From an uncultured Armatimonadetes bacterium (lineage in GTDB: Bacteria > Armatimonadota > UBA5829 > DTJY01), in the NCBI GenBank assembly GCA_963717145.1, contig OY970325.1, positions 1,376,001-1,440,000 on the forward strand: a stretch of DNA of 64,000 nucleotides. The letters are read 5' to 3'. The notes under the pieces were generated by a model, which was not told where the DNA came from, ran no database searches, and saw nothing but the letters and a program-made list of their open reading frames with translations. This document shows, one piece after another, positions 50,850 through 60,733 of the stretch. The number at the start of each line of letters is the position of its first letter. The stretch's first letter is position 1. The translations under genes and the position numbers were made by a program.

Positions 50850-51983
50850 ATGACTTTAGCCGACGTATCCCAGCAGGGAAAGAGGAGCTTCTTCACACCG
50901 GAAGACCTCGCGCGCGAGCAGGGCCAGGGAATAGTTGCCCCCAGGGGTCGCCTTCTGATCGCGGGGTGCCGCTCCGGGTCGAATCTGTCTACCCGAGTCG
51001 TCCAGCGTTACAGAGACTTACTCAGCGAAGCGGGCAGCGGCGAAGATGTGCAGCACCTCGAGAATATCGACAAGCGGTTCTCGGATTCTGAAACCACCAC
51101 TCGCCTCGAGATGCACGTCAGCGGCTGCGATGTCTTCCTCTTCCAGGCGCTGTTCGATCCGACATCCGATCTGACCATCGACCAGAATTACATGGCATTC
51201 ATGGTGGCCGTCCGAGCATTCAAGGAACACGGCGCCGAGCACGTGACCGGAGTGCTCCCATATCTCGCGTATGCGCGCCAGGACAAGCCGACCAAGTTCA
51301 CCCGTGAGGCGACCTCGGCCAGACTGATGGCCGATCTCACCATCTCGGCAGGGATCGACAGACTGATTGTCTGGGATCCGCATTGCGATCAGATCAAGGG
51401 TTTCTACGGCAGCATTCCCGTGAGCACGCTCGACTCCCTTTCGCTGTTCATCGAGGAGTTCAAGCGTTACAAGAACCGTGACGATGTCATCGCCGTCGCC
51501 CCGGATGCGGGCGCATCGAAGTTCGTCACGCACTTCGGCCGGGCCCTCGGGATCAAGTGCGCGATCGCATCGAAATATCGGCCAAGCCCGGAGGAAGTCG
51601 TCCTCGCGGAGATCATCGGCGACCTCGAGGGGAAGAAGATTGCCATCCTGCTCGATGATATGATCAGCAACGGCGGGACGATGCACGCGCTAGTCCGCAA
51701 GCTCGTCGAAGAGAAAGGCATCGAGGAGGTCTATCTCGGCGTGTCGCACAACCTCTGCGTCGGAAAGGCTCGCGAGCGGCTGATCGATCTCAATGCAAAC
51801 TACGGATTGAAGGAAGCGGTCGTCACGAATACAATTCCGCAGACGACCGAGTTTGGCAGCCTGCCATTCGTGACCGTTCGATGCCTCTCGGACACTCTCG
51901 CTCGCACGATCAACCGGGTCCATTACAACCGGTCCGTGAGCGAAGTGTTCTACAGACCGGAGACCGGTGACGGGAAGATGTAG
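50850..51983 (+). CDS. prs: Ribose-phosphate pyrophosphokinase
   Basis: FSDSE, PYLAYARQDK, APDAG and DDMISNGGT motifs. Confidence 0.92.
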   Translation: MTLADVSQQGKRSFFTPEDLAREQGQGIVAPRGRLLIAGCRSGSNLSTRVVQRYRDLLSEAGSGEDVQHLENIDKRFSDSETTTRLEMHVSGCDVFLFQALFDPTSDLTIDQNYMAFMVAVRAFKEHGAEHVTGVLPYLAYARQDKPTKFTREATSARLMADLTISAGIDRLIVWDPHCDQIKGFYGSIPVSTLDSLSLFIEEFKRYKNRDDVIAVAPDAGASKFVTHFGRALGIKCAIASKYRPSPEEVVLAEIIGDLEGKKIAILLDDMISNGGTMHALVRKLVEEKGIEEVYLGVSHNLCVGKARERLIDLNANYGLKEAVVTNTIPQTTEFGSLPFVTVRCLSDTLARTINRVHYNRSVSEVFYRPETGDGKM

Positions 51984-52951
51984 ACCGGCTGGGTCCAAGC
52001 GACGGTCCCATCGCTGCAGATGACCTTGCAGCGGACGTAGTCGTTCCTCTCGCGAGCGCTTGGTATCTTGTAGCTCGTGGACGTGCCGTCGGTCTCCTGC
52101 AGGATTCGTCCGTACTTGCCGACGAACCGGATTCGGTACGTCTGAGCTTCCTTCGACACTACTTTGACCTTCATCGTCTTGCCGTCGAAAGCGTATGCAG
52201 CAAGCTCCACCCCAGTCGACGCGTAGAATCTGCCGTTCGCCAGGGCATCGAGCACCTTGGCGGGCGTCAGATCGGCAACCCGAACGACCACCCATCCGCG
52301 TCCGGGATTGATATTCGCCGGCTTGAACTCCTTGTAGTGATGCGCGTCGTCGGTCGCCGCGGCATAGACGGTCTTCCCCTCGGATAGCAGGACGTCCCAC
52401 GTCTGCTCGAGGGACAAATGCGCCGCGTCACCCTCGTTGAAGCAGTCGCCGCCCATGTTCGCCATCTCCAGTAGCCATGGGCCTTCGATCTGCAGCAGCT
52501 CCCGGTGGCTCAACGAGTAATACCAACTCGGATGGTTCACCATCGGGATCGCGCCGGCCTTGCGAATGTAGTCCACCATGCTGGCCACGCTTTTCCCCCG
52601 GGATACCAGCGGACCGGGTGAACGAACCGTCTTCGCGAGCCCGATGGCATTGGCGTGGATCGGCAGCCCCCTCCAGTTGAGGGCCATCTCCTCGCCGGGA
52701 ATGACGATGAACTGGTCGTTCGGATCTTTGTCGAGGGCGGCAACATCCGTCACCTTCTCATGATCGGTCAGCACCACGAACTGGTAGCCGTGATCCTTAT
52801 ACCAATCGGCAACCGCCTGAGGCGGAATGTCCCCATCGCTCTCCGTCGAGTGGCAGTGAAGGATGCCCTTCGCCCACATGTCGGCCGCCGAAATGGACGC
52901 GGCACAGAGCAGAAGAACGGCGAGTGCAAGGCAAGTGAGCCTCAGCTTCAT
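51950..52951 (-). CDS. PHP-domain (CehA/McbA-like) metallohydrolase
   Basis: HCHSTESDG, TDH, NHP and DDAH motifs. Confidence 0.85.
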   Translation of the reverse strand: MKLRLTCLALAVLLLCAASISAADMWAKGILHCHSTESDGDIPPQAVADWYKDHGYQFVVLTDHEKVTDVAALDKDPNDQFIVIPGEEMALNWRGLPIHANAIGLAKTVRSPGPLVSRGKSVASMVDYIRKAGAIPMVNHPSWYYSLSHRELLQIEGPWLLEMANMGGDCFNEGDAAHLSLEQTWDVLLSEGKTVYAAATDDAHHYKEFKPANINPGRGWVVVRVADLTPAKVLDALANGRFYASTGVELAAYAFDGKTMKVKVVSKEAQTYRIRFVGKYGRILQETDGTSTSYKIPSARERNDYVRCKVICSDGTVAWTQPVYIFPSPVSGL

Positions 52952-52957
52952 GTCAAA

Positions 52958-53941
52958 CTACCTTCCTATCCTGAATGCCTGCGTCCATGCGACCGTGCCA
53001 TTGTCGGCGATGACCTTGCAGCGGACATAGTCATTCGCCTCAGCCCTCCCGGTGACGTATGAAGCCGACGTGCCCGACGTCTCCTGCAGGATGCGTCCCC
53101 ACTTCCCGACGAACCTGATCCAGTATGTCCGACCCTCCGTTGCGGCCACGCGAACACTGAACGTATTGCCATCATAGCCGTAGTCCGCGAGTTCAACGCC
53201 CGTTGACGCGTAGAAGTCGCCCTCTCTCAGCGCTGAGAGTATGCGATCGGGGGTTAGGGCGGTCACGCGCGCGTGTATCCATCCCCGACCCGGGTTCGAC
53301 TTGGCCACCGACATCTCTTTGAAGTTGTGCGCATCGTCGGTCGCCGTCGCATAGACCGTGATGCCGTCGGAGAGGAGCAGGTCCCACGTCTGTTCCACAG
53401 GCATATACGCCTCGCTGCCGAAGTTGTGCACGGCGGGGTGGCCGTTCAGGATCTCCAACAGAAACGGCCCCTTAACCGCCTTCATGTCCGCGTATGTGAG
53501 CGACCAGACGAAGTTCGGGTGGTTGATCTGCGGGATGCCTCCGGCCTTCCGAATGTCGGCCACCATCCGCTCCAAGCTCTTCGCGGGCGTGGCCGCGAGG
53601 TCGGAGTACGGGATCGTCTCCGTGATGCCGAGCGCGCATCCGTGGATCGGCTTCTTCGCACCCTTGACGGCGGTCTCTTCGCCGGGGATGAGGATGAAGC
53701 CGGGGTACTGCTTGAGCGTCGCCGGGTCGGTCACCTTCGCGTGGTCGGTGATGAACAGGAAATCGTAGCCGTGATCCTTATACCAATCAGCGACGACCTG
53801 TGGTGCGCTGTCACCGTCGCTGTTCGTCGTGTGTGTGTGCATGTTTCCCCTGGCCCACAGTATCTGAGCCGAGGTAGCTCCGGCGAGCAGCAGAGTGAGT
53901 ATGACCGCCGCTGCACAGAGCCTGATGATCTTTGCCTTCAT
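52958..53941 (-). CDS. PHP-domain (CehA/McbA-like) metallohydrolase, tandem paralog
   Basis: HTHTTNSDG, TDH, NHP and DDAH motifs. Confidence 0.85.
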   Translation of the reverse strand: MKAKIIRLCAAAVILTLLLAGATSAQILWARGNMHTHTTNSDGDSAPQVVADWYKDHGYDFLFITDHAKVTDPATLKQYPGFILIPGEETAVKGAKKPIHGCALGITETIPYSDLAATPAKSLERMVADIRKAGGIPQINHPNFVWSLTYADMKAVKGPFLLEILNGHPAVHNFGSEAYMPVEQTWDLLLSDGITVYATATDDAHNFKEMSVAKSNPGRGWIHARVTALTPDRILSALREGDFYASTGVELADYGYDGNTFSVRVAATEGRTYWIRFVGKWGRILQETSGTSASYVTGRAEANDYVRCKVIADNGTVAWTQAFRIGR

Positions 53942-54005
53942 GTGCCGCCTCCTCTTCCGATACCCTTACTCTTCGGCCACTCCCACCAGCACTCCTCCCC
54001 CACCC

Positions 54006-54034
54006 TTGCCGCATGGACGGCCGATCGGTATAAT
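54006..54034 (+). promoter_or_regulatory. Sigma70-type promoter
   Basis: TTGCCG-N17-TATAAT. Confidence 0.55.
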
Positions 54035-54060
54035 GGTGCCGGATAACCGAGGTAGGTTGG

Positions 54061-54194
54061 ATAGGAGTTCACGATTGTTGATGGTAGCGCTTCGCGCATG
54101 TCATTCTGAACGCAGTGAAGAATCTGTCTGCGCACGGCCAGATTCTTCACTGCGTTCAGAATGACATGCGCTACCCTTGATCGTGAACTCCTGG
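54061..54194. mobile_element. MITE with IS66-type ends
   Basis: GAGTTCACGAT terminal IRs, flanks TAGGTTGG/GAGGTTGG, internal 30-bp palindrome. Confidence 0.8.
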
Positions 54195-54204
54195 GAGGTT
54201 GGAC

Positions 54205-55359
54205 ATGCCGGAGATCGACTTCAAGGCGCATAACGAAGAAGTGAAGGCCGTGTGGGATGCATACCATGCCGGGACACCGATTCGCGTGCCCGTGGTGCTC
54301 GGCCTCAACGTTCGGTACTACCTCTTCAGTCCGTGGCTCAATCCTCATGGGATCACATTCGCCGCATACAGCGAAGACCCCGATCTGATGCTGGAGACGC
54401 AGCTCGAGTTCCAGCACTACGTCCGGCACAACCTCCTCTGCGATGCGGAGATGGGAATGCCCAGCGATGCGTGGCCGGGCGTGCACGTCGATCTCCAGAA
54501 TTACTACGAGGCTGCGTGGTTCGGCTGCCCGGTTCACTACCGCGAGGGACAGGTCCCGGACACGTCCCCGATCCTGGGGGACGACAACAAGCGCATGCTC
54601 TTCGATGCGGGCGTCCCCGATCCGTTCACGGATGGCATCATGGCGAAGAACGTCCGCTTTTTGGAGTACCTGACCGAGCGCATCAAGGACTATTCATTCA
54701 TGGGTCTCCCGGTCCATGGAGTCAGCCCGTCCGGCATGGGGACCGACGGGCCGTTCACCGCCGCCGCCAACATCAGGGGCGCGACGGAGATATGCCTCGA
54801 CATCTACGAGGACCCGGACTTCGTGCGCGAACTGCTCGACTTCATCACCGAGGCGACTATCGCGCGGATCAAGGCGTGGCGATCGAAGCTCGGGTACGAC
54901 ATGAGGCCACAATGCTGGGGCTTCGCGGACGACAGCATCCAACTCCTCTCCACCGAGACTTACCGCGAGTTCGTGCTGCCCTGCCACAAGCGCCTCGTGT
55001 CGGAGCTTGCAGGGTCCGGGCCGCACAGCATCCACCTCTGCGGCGATGCGACCCGGCACTTCAAGACGATCAGGGACGAGTTGAACATCAACGGCTTCGA
55101 TACCGGCTACCCGGTCGACTTCGCCTGGCTGAGGAAGGAACTCGGGCCGAATATACACATCAATGGCGGCCCGACGGTCGGCTTCCTCCTGCGGGCGACC
55201 CCATCTGAGGTGCGCGAGGAGGTCCGGCGGATTCTCTCGACCGGGGTCACGGAGGGCGGCAAGTTCGTCCTGAGGGAAGCGAACAACATGTCCCCGGGGA
55301 TCCCCGAGGAGAACATCGCGGCGATGTACCATGCCTCCCAGGAGTTCGGGCGATACTAG
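54205..55359 (+). CDS. Uroporphyrinogen decarboxylase-family protein
   Basis: DGPFT.A..IRG, ADDS, HLCG and PEENI.AM motifs. Confidence 0.85.
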   Translation: MPEIDFKAHNEEVKAVWDAYHAGTPIRVPVVLGLNVRYYLFSPWLNPHGITFAAYSEDPDLMLETQLEFQHYVRHNLLCDAEMGMPSDAWPGVHVDLQNYYEAAWFGCPVHYREGQVPDTSPILGDDNKRMLFDAGVPDPFTDGIMAKNVRFLEYLTERIKDYSFMGLPVHGVSPSGMGTDGPFTAAANIRGATEICLDIYEDPDFVRELLDFITEATIARIKAWRSKLGYDMRPQCWGFADDSIQLLSTETYREFVLPCHKRLVSELAGSGPHSIHLCGDATRHFKTIRDELNINGFDTGYPVDFAWLRKELGPNIHINGGPTVGFLLRATPSEVREEVRRILSTGVTEGGKFVLREANNMSPGIPEENIAAMYHASQEFGRY

Positions 55360-55464
55360 ATCACTTGCATGGTCACATCGTAGGGGACGGCGGCCGTTCC
55401 CTACGAAGCTGCTCTCCCGCTGTTTGCTTTCCCTCCCCCGTCATGGTAATATACTCCCGAACTA

Positions 55465-55558
55465 TCCGCTGGGGGTGCTGCGAAAGCGGCTGAGACTCCG
55501 AAGTCATCGGAGATCCCTTAGAACCTGATCCGGTTAATACCGGCGTAGGGAACGCGGT
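55465..55558 (+). promoter_or_regulatory. TPP riboswitch
   Basis: GGGGTGC...GCTGAGA...CCCTTAGAACCTGATCCGGTTAATACCGGCGTAGGGAA upstream of thi4. Confidence 0.97.
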
Positions 55559-55660
55559 TGCCATCCTGAACTTGATTCAGGACGTGAGATCGAAGACCAC
55601 ATCTTCACCCCTCATGCGCCCGGCATCCTCCAGCGAGATCAACTACTGGAGGCTATCCAA

Positions 55661-56488
55661 ATGTCTGAGCGAGAGAACATCTTTTCCCCCTCGAGCGAGA
55701 AGAACGTCACCCGTGCACTCGTGCGCGAGTTCGCGGCCCAGTTCGATGATTATGTCGAGACCGACGTACTCATCGCCGGCGCCGGTCCCAGCGGACTGAT
55801 GTGCGGCAAGGTCCTTGCCGAGCACGGCGTCAAGGTCATGATCGTCGAGCGGAACAACTACCTCGGCGGCGGGTTCTGGATCGGCGGCTACCTGATGAAC
55901 AAAGTCGTCGTCCGCGAGCCTGCCAACAAGACCCTGGAGGAACTCGGAGTCCCGCACAAGGAGGTCGAGCCGGGCCTGTTCGTGGCGGACGGCCCTCATG
56001 CGTGCTCGAAGCTGATCGCGGCGGCATGCGATGCGGGCGTGAAGGTGCTGAACATGACGAGCGTCGATGATGTCGTCCTGAGGGAGGAGAACCGAGTCGC
56101 CGGGCTCGTGATCAACTGGACTCCGATCCAGTCGCTCCCCCGCCAGATCACCTGCGTCGACCCCGTTGCGATCGAGACGAAGCTCGTAGTCGATGCGACT
56201 GGCCACGATGCCGCCGTCGTCAAGCACCTGGCGGACAGAGGGCTCGCAAAGGTCCCGGGCTGCAGTCCGATGTGGGTCGACCGCTCCGAGGACGACGTTG
56301 TCCGGCACACGGGGATCGTGCATCCGGGGCTGCTGGCGATCGGGATGTCGGTGTCGTCGGTCTACGGGCTCACGAGGATGGGGCCGTCGTTTGGTGCGAT
56401 GCTGATCTCCGGCATTCGAGGAGCGGAGATCGCGCTCGAGTTCCTGGGCAGGCCGGTGAGTCATCAGGAAGCGGCAACCATCGCGTAG
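55661..56488 (+). CDS. thi4: Thiazole synthase Thi4
   Basis: GAGPSGL, LGGGFW.GG, DATGHD and RMGP.FGAML.SG motifs. Confidence 0.95.
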   Translation: MSERENIFSPSSEKNVTRALVREFAAQFDDYVETDVLIAGAGPSGLMCGKVLAEHGVKVMIVERNNYLGGGFWIGGYLMNKVVVREPANKTLEELGVPHKEVEPGLFVADGPHACSKLIAAACDAGVKVLNMTSVDDVVLREENRVAGLVINWTPIQSLPRQITCVDPVAIETKLVVDATGHDAAVVKHLADRGLAKVPGCSPMWVDRSEDDVVRHTGIVHPGLLAIGMSVSSVYGLTRMGPSFGAMLISGIRGAEIALEFLGRPVSHQEAATIA

Positions 56489-56509
56489 ACTGGCCGCCAC
56501 ATGTCAAAC

Positions 56510-56613
56510 GGGGCAGGAGTCCAACTCCTGCCCCAACGTATCTGTGTCGGGGCAGGAGTCCAACTCCTGCCCCAACGTATCGTGTGTTGGGGCAGGAGTT
56601 GGACTCCTGCCCC
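56510..56613. repeat. REP-like triplet GGGGCAGGAGTCCAACTCCTGCCCC (two direct, one inverted)
   Basis: Visible repeats between convergent thi4 and htpX, followed by TTCACCG heptamers. Confidence 0.88.
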
Positions 56614-56640
56614 AACTACTCACCGTTCACCGTTCACCGA

Positions 56641-57489
56641 TCACTGCCCCATCTGCCCGGCCATCTCACGAAGCCGCCTGACCCGCTCCGGGATCGCCGG
56701 GTGCGTGCTGAAAAGGCTGCCGATCCCGCCGTGGAGCGGGTTGACGATCATCATGTGCGCCGTCGCCGGGCTTGCCTGCGACGGAATGACCTTCGATGCG
56801 CCCTCCAGCTTAAGGAGCGCGTTCGCCAGTCCGAGCGGCTTCCCGCTGATCTCCGCGCCGCTGGCATCGGCCTGATACTCGCGCGACCGGGAGATCGCCA
56901 TCTGAATCACCACCGCTGCCAATGGCGCCAGGATTGCCAGTACGATCATCCCTATCACCCCGCCGCCGTCATCGTCATCCCTGCTACCGCCGAAGATCAT
57001 CGCCCAGCGAGCCATGCTGCCGAGCATCATGATCGCACCCGCGAATGTGGCCGCGATCGTCCCGATCAGGATATCGCGGTTCTTGACGTGCGCCAACTCG
57101 TGGGCCAGGACACCTTCGACCTCATCCCTGTCGAGGATACGCATCAGGCCCTCAGTCACGGCTACGGCGGCGTGCTGGGGATTCCGTCCCGTCGCGAATG
57201 CATTCGGCGATTCGCCGGGCACGATGTAGAGCTTAGGCATCGGGAGGCCCGCCTGCTGGGTCAATCGGCTGACGATCGAGTACAGGCCCGGCGAGTCGGC
57301 TTCCTCGATCGGCTTGGCCCGATACATCGCCAGTACAATCTTGTCGCTGAACCAGTAGCTGCCGACGTTCATCACGATCGCGAAACCGAACGCGATGACC
57401 ATGCCGCCCGAGCCACCGAACCAGTTCCCGATCCCCAGCGCGATCGCCGTCAGTAACGTCAGCAGTAATCCTGTCTTGAGCGTGTTCAT
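56641..57489 (-). CDS. htpX: Zinc metalloprotease HtpX
   Basis: [21 protein letters not shown] and STHP motifs. Confidence 0.97.
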   Translation of the reverse strand: MNTLKTGLLLTLLTAIALGIGNWFGGSGGMVIAFGFAIVMNVGSYWFSDKIVLAMYRAKPIEEADSPGLYSIVSRLTQQAGLPMPKLYIVPGESPNAFATGRNPQHAAVAVTEGLMRILDRDEVEGVLAHELAHVKNRDILIGTIAATFAGAIMMLGSMARWAMIFGGSRDDDDGGGVIGMIVLAILAPLAAVVIQMAISRSREYQADASGAEISGKPLGLANALLKLEGASKVIPSQASPATAHMMIVNPLHGGIGSLFSTHPAIPERVRRLREMAGQMGQ

Positions 57490-57661
57490 TGTCCCCTCCT
57501 GGTGTCCTCATATTGTCCTACGACCGTTCGCCCCGCTTGGTTCCCTGCTTGAATGCAGGTCGGCTGTGAAGGTTTCTCCTGTGGAGACCGTCTAATAGTA
57601 GCAGAGAGCCCGCGGCCGGATGAGATCGAGCCGCGCTCAACTGACACTGGGGAGGGAAACC

Positions 57662-59341
57662 ATGCTGAGAAGACCCGCTATCTGCTCGTTCGTACTGCTC
57701 ATGCTCGTCATAACGCCGGTGCTGTCGGCGACCGCCGTCTCGGTCCAGACGAAGACGACATCGGTCGCCGCGTTCAAGAACGGCCTCGGGTTCTTCGTCC
57801 GAGAGGGGACAGCCACGTTGAAGGATGGATGGGCGACCTCGGACGAGGTCCCGACCGCCGCGCTCGGGACGTTCTGGGTGGGATCGCCGAAAGCCGGCGT
57901 CTCCGTCGAGCGACTGCTCGCCCTGCAGGAGGACAATACGCTATCCGTCCCGGCGATCACCGTCGCGGAGATTCTCGAATCGAACGTCGGCAAGCAGGTG
58001 AAGATCACCTATGGCGACAAGGTGATCACGGGCAAGCTGCTCGCGGTGCCTCAGGACAGAGCGCCAACGGGCCCGGTTCAGCCGCTCTATCCGGCTTCAT
58101 CCTATATTCCGCCCACCTCTCAGTCTCAGTTGGTGCTCGTCGAGACCGCGACCGGCACAGTGGCGATCACGAAATCCTCGATCTCGATGGTGGAGTTCGA
58201 AGGCAAGGTGAACTCCGACCGTGAGATCAAAGAGAAGGTCAAGCGGCTGAAGTTCAAGCTCGCCGGCGCGAAGGAAAGCGCTCCTATCACCATCGGGTAT
58301 CTCCAGAAAGGAGTCTCCTGGTCGCCCGCATATCTTCTCGAACTACTCGACGATAAGACCGCCCGCATCACGATGCAGGGCCTGTTGGTAAACGATGTGG
58401 AGGATATCGAGGGAGCAGATGTCAGCTTCGTCGTCGGCTACCCTAACTTCATGTTCTCCGACATGGTGTCGCCGCTGTCCCTCACTCAGTCTATCAGCCA
58501 GTTCATCGACAACCTGGCCAACCCGAGTTCCCGATCGAGAAGCGGAGCGGGCGGATACGGCGGGATCATGGCCCAGTCGATCGCCTACAACACTGCCGAG
58601 TATGACTACAGCGGATCGCCCGCGCCCGATTTCGGCTACTCCAGCATGAAGGAGACGCCGGGCGCTCAGGAGGAGGACCTCTTCCTCTACCACATGACGG
58701 ACGTCTCGCTCAGGAAGGGCGAGCGGGCATACTACACGGTCTTCTCCGCCGAAGTGCCGTTCGAGCACGTCTACAAGTGGACCGTCAACGACACCTCAGG
58801 GATACAACCTAACGGCTACGTCTCCTCGAACCGTAATGACACCGCGCCGCCCCCGGAGGACCAGGTGTGGCACGCGCTCAAGCTTACCAACAGCTCGAAG
58901 TTCCCGTGGACGACCGCGCCTGCGATGGCGATGTCGAAGGGTAAACCGCTCGCTCAGGACACCCTCTCATACACGCCGAAAGGCGCTGAGGGTGACCTGA
59001 AGCTGACGATTGCCACCGACATCAGGGCAAAGACGTCGGAACTCGAGAAGTCCCGAGAGAACGCCAGTGGAGTTCCATTCAGCAGCAGCAGCAGCTTCAA
59101 TAAGGTCACTTCAGAAGGCACGCTTACCCTCAAGAGCTTCAAGTCGAGGCCGGTCACGGTGCAGGTGACGAAGACGATCATCGGCGAGGTGACTTCCACG
59201 GGCTTGAATGGGAAGGTCGAGAAGATGGGCGTCAAGATACGGGCGGTCAACCCGACTTCCGTCGTGACCTGGGACGTGCCGCTCGATCCCGGCGAGGAGA
59301 AGACGCTCGATTATGCCTACTTCACGTACATCAGGTACTAG
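57662..59341 (+). CDS. Secreted DUF4139-like protein
   Basis: Signal peptide; V..FKNG, YL..GVSW.P.Y and DLFLY motifs. Confidence 0.7.
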   Translation: MLRRPAICSFVLLMLVITPVLSATAVSVQTKTTSVAAFKNGLGFFVREGTATLKDGWATSDEVPTAALGTFWVGSPKAGVSVERLLALQEDNTLSVPAITVAEILESNVGKQVKITYGDKVITGKLLAVPQDRAPTGPVQPLYPASSYIPPTSQSQLVLVETATGTVAITKSSISMVEFEGKVNSDREIKEKVKRLKFKLAGAKESAPITIGYLQKGVSWSPAYLLELLDDKTARITMQGLLVNDVEDIEGADVSFVVGYPNFMFSDMVSPLSLTQSISQFIDNLANPSSRSRSGAGGYGGIMAQSIAYNTAEYDYSGSPAPDFGYSSMKETPGAQEEDLFLYHMTDVSLRKGERAYYTVFSAEVPFEHVYKWTVNDTSGIQPNGYVSSNRNDTAPPPEDQVWHALKLTNSSKFPWTTAPAMAMSKGKPLAQDTLSYTPKGAEGDLKLTIATDIRAKTSELEKSRENASGVPFSSSSSFNKVTSEGTLTLKSFKSRPVTVQVTKTIIGEVTSTGLNGKVEKMGVKIRAVNPTSVVTWDVPLDPGEEKTLDYAYFTYIRY

Positions 59342-59391
59342 GGCAGAATGGCTGATTTCCCCGGTCCACGGAGGTGGACTCAGACGTGGAA

Positions 59392-59503
59392 AAGGGCGGG
59401 GCCATCACTTCGGCCCCGCCCTTCAGGTATCACGGTACTTCATCTTGCTCTGTATTACTCTCCCCCCCCCGACATCCGCGTTCATCTGCGTCTATCGGCG
59501 GTT
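59392..59503. repeat. Hairpin plus nonamer-repeat block, left direct repeat
   Basis: Matches 60586-60673. Confidence 0.85.
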
Positions 59504-59644
59504 GCTATCTGGCCACCTGCTTGCCGACATCGTTTGGCGCGGACCTTATTGACAGACTGTTGACACTGTGATATTGTGCCCTTGGCTTCAAGAGGTGATG
59601 GCTGTCTTGGTATCGGGAATACTTTTTGAGGAAAGGAACAAGAA

Positions 59645-60529
59645 ATGAAGACCAGATCGCTGATCTCGGAAACGGCACTGAGGAGACTGTGGGTGGGAAT
59701 GCTAACCAAGGACAGAAAGGACGCTGGGACACCGGATGAGATCGTCCTGATCGTCAACCAATCCGGCGCGGATAGACTACATCACACCTTTCTTCATCCA
59801 CCGGCACCGGTAAACACATATAATGTCCCTGCAGGGCCACCTTTGGGACAGAATAGAGGACGAGCTGATCTTTACTCGTTAGACGTCCTAGGTAACGGAA
59901 TCGATTCTAACCTCGATGATACCTACATCCGCATTGGCATCAGGGGAAGAAATGCGTGGCTTCCAGAGCATCTTGTGCTTTGGGGAGAGACAGTAGCGAA
60001 TGAAGTTGTTCCTTTTGGCATTGAAACAGACCTGAATACATGGCTGAGCACGGACAAGGATGAGGGACCAACCTCCCTTCCCATAAGGCGCATTCCGCTA
60101 GGTAACCCAATGATGCCAATTGACAGGATATTGGTCGTGATGGAGACAGATGCAAACAAGAAGTCTGGCACTGAGGATGTGATCACTGTGCAGATCTTCG
60201 GCCCTTCTCCGGATTACTGGGTTAATGATTGGATACCTCGTACGCCGCAGCTCGATCAGGATAGGGGCAAAGCCAATCTGTATTTTCTTGACTCCATGGC
60301 ACCATTCAACAGGGCTAACCTCGCGCCCAATTCGATTCGCATCGGAATCATGGGCGAGGATAACTGGGAGCCAAAGCGCTTTTTCATCTTTGGTATTGAC
60401 ACTGCTCAAGGACGTCCGGGCGCTCTTGTTCCCTTGCTCTACATTGATGATTGGGATAAAGGTCCCTTGAGTACAAAACCTTCACTTGGGAAGCCTTATA
60501 TCGATTTCTCGCCCTTCACATCGCTATAG
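59645..60529 (+). CDS. Hypothetical protein with two tandem PLAT/LH2-like domains
   Basis: Internal duplication T.....(A/S)GT.D.I...Q.RG.A.LY.LD...IRIGI.G...W.P...LST; AT-richer than flanks. Confidence 0.7.
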   Translation: MKTRSLISETALRRLWVGMLTKDRKDAGTPDEIVLIVNQSGADRLHHTFLHPPAPVNTYNVPAGPPLGQNRGRADLYSLDVLGNGIDSNLDDTYIRIGIRGRNAWLPEHLVLWGETVANEVVPFGIETDLNTWLSTDKDEGPTSLPIRRIPLGNPMMPIDRILVVMETDANKKSGTEDVITVQIFGPSPDYWVNDWIPRTPQLDQDRGKANLYFLDSMAPFNRANLAPNSIRIGIMGEDNWEPKRFFIFGIDTAQGRPGALVPLLYIDDWDKGPLSTKPSLGKPYIDFSPFTSL

Positions 60530-60585
60530 GCAGACAAGCCGTGGGTAGCTCCACATGCTTCGATGGAATGACACACTGAAACCTG

Positions 60586-60673
60586 AAGGGCGAGGCCATC
60601 ACATCGGCCCCGCCCTTCAGGTATTACGTACTACTCCCCCGACATCCGCGTTCATCTGCGTCCATCGGCGGTT
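60586..60673. repeat. Hairpin plus nonamer-repeat block, right direct repeat
   Basis: Matches 59392-59503. Confidence 0.85.
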
Positions 60674-60733
60674 ACTGCTTCCGGTCTGCAGCCTGCGGTT
60701 TTCCACTCCGCATTCCGCATTCCGCATTCCGCA

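Noticed and set aside
51950-53941. Tandem PHP hydrolases as a novel system
   Set aside because: Looks like an ordinary tandem duplication.
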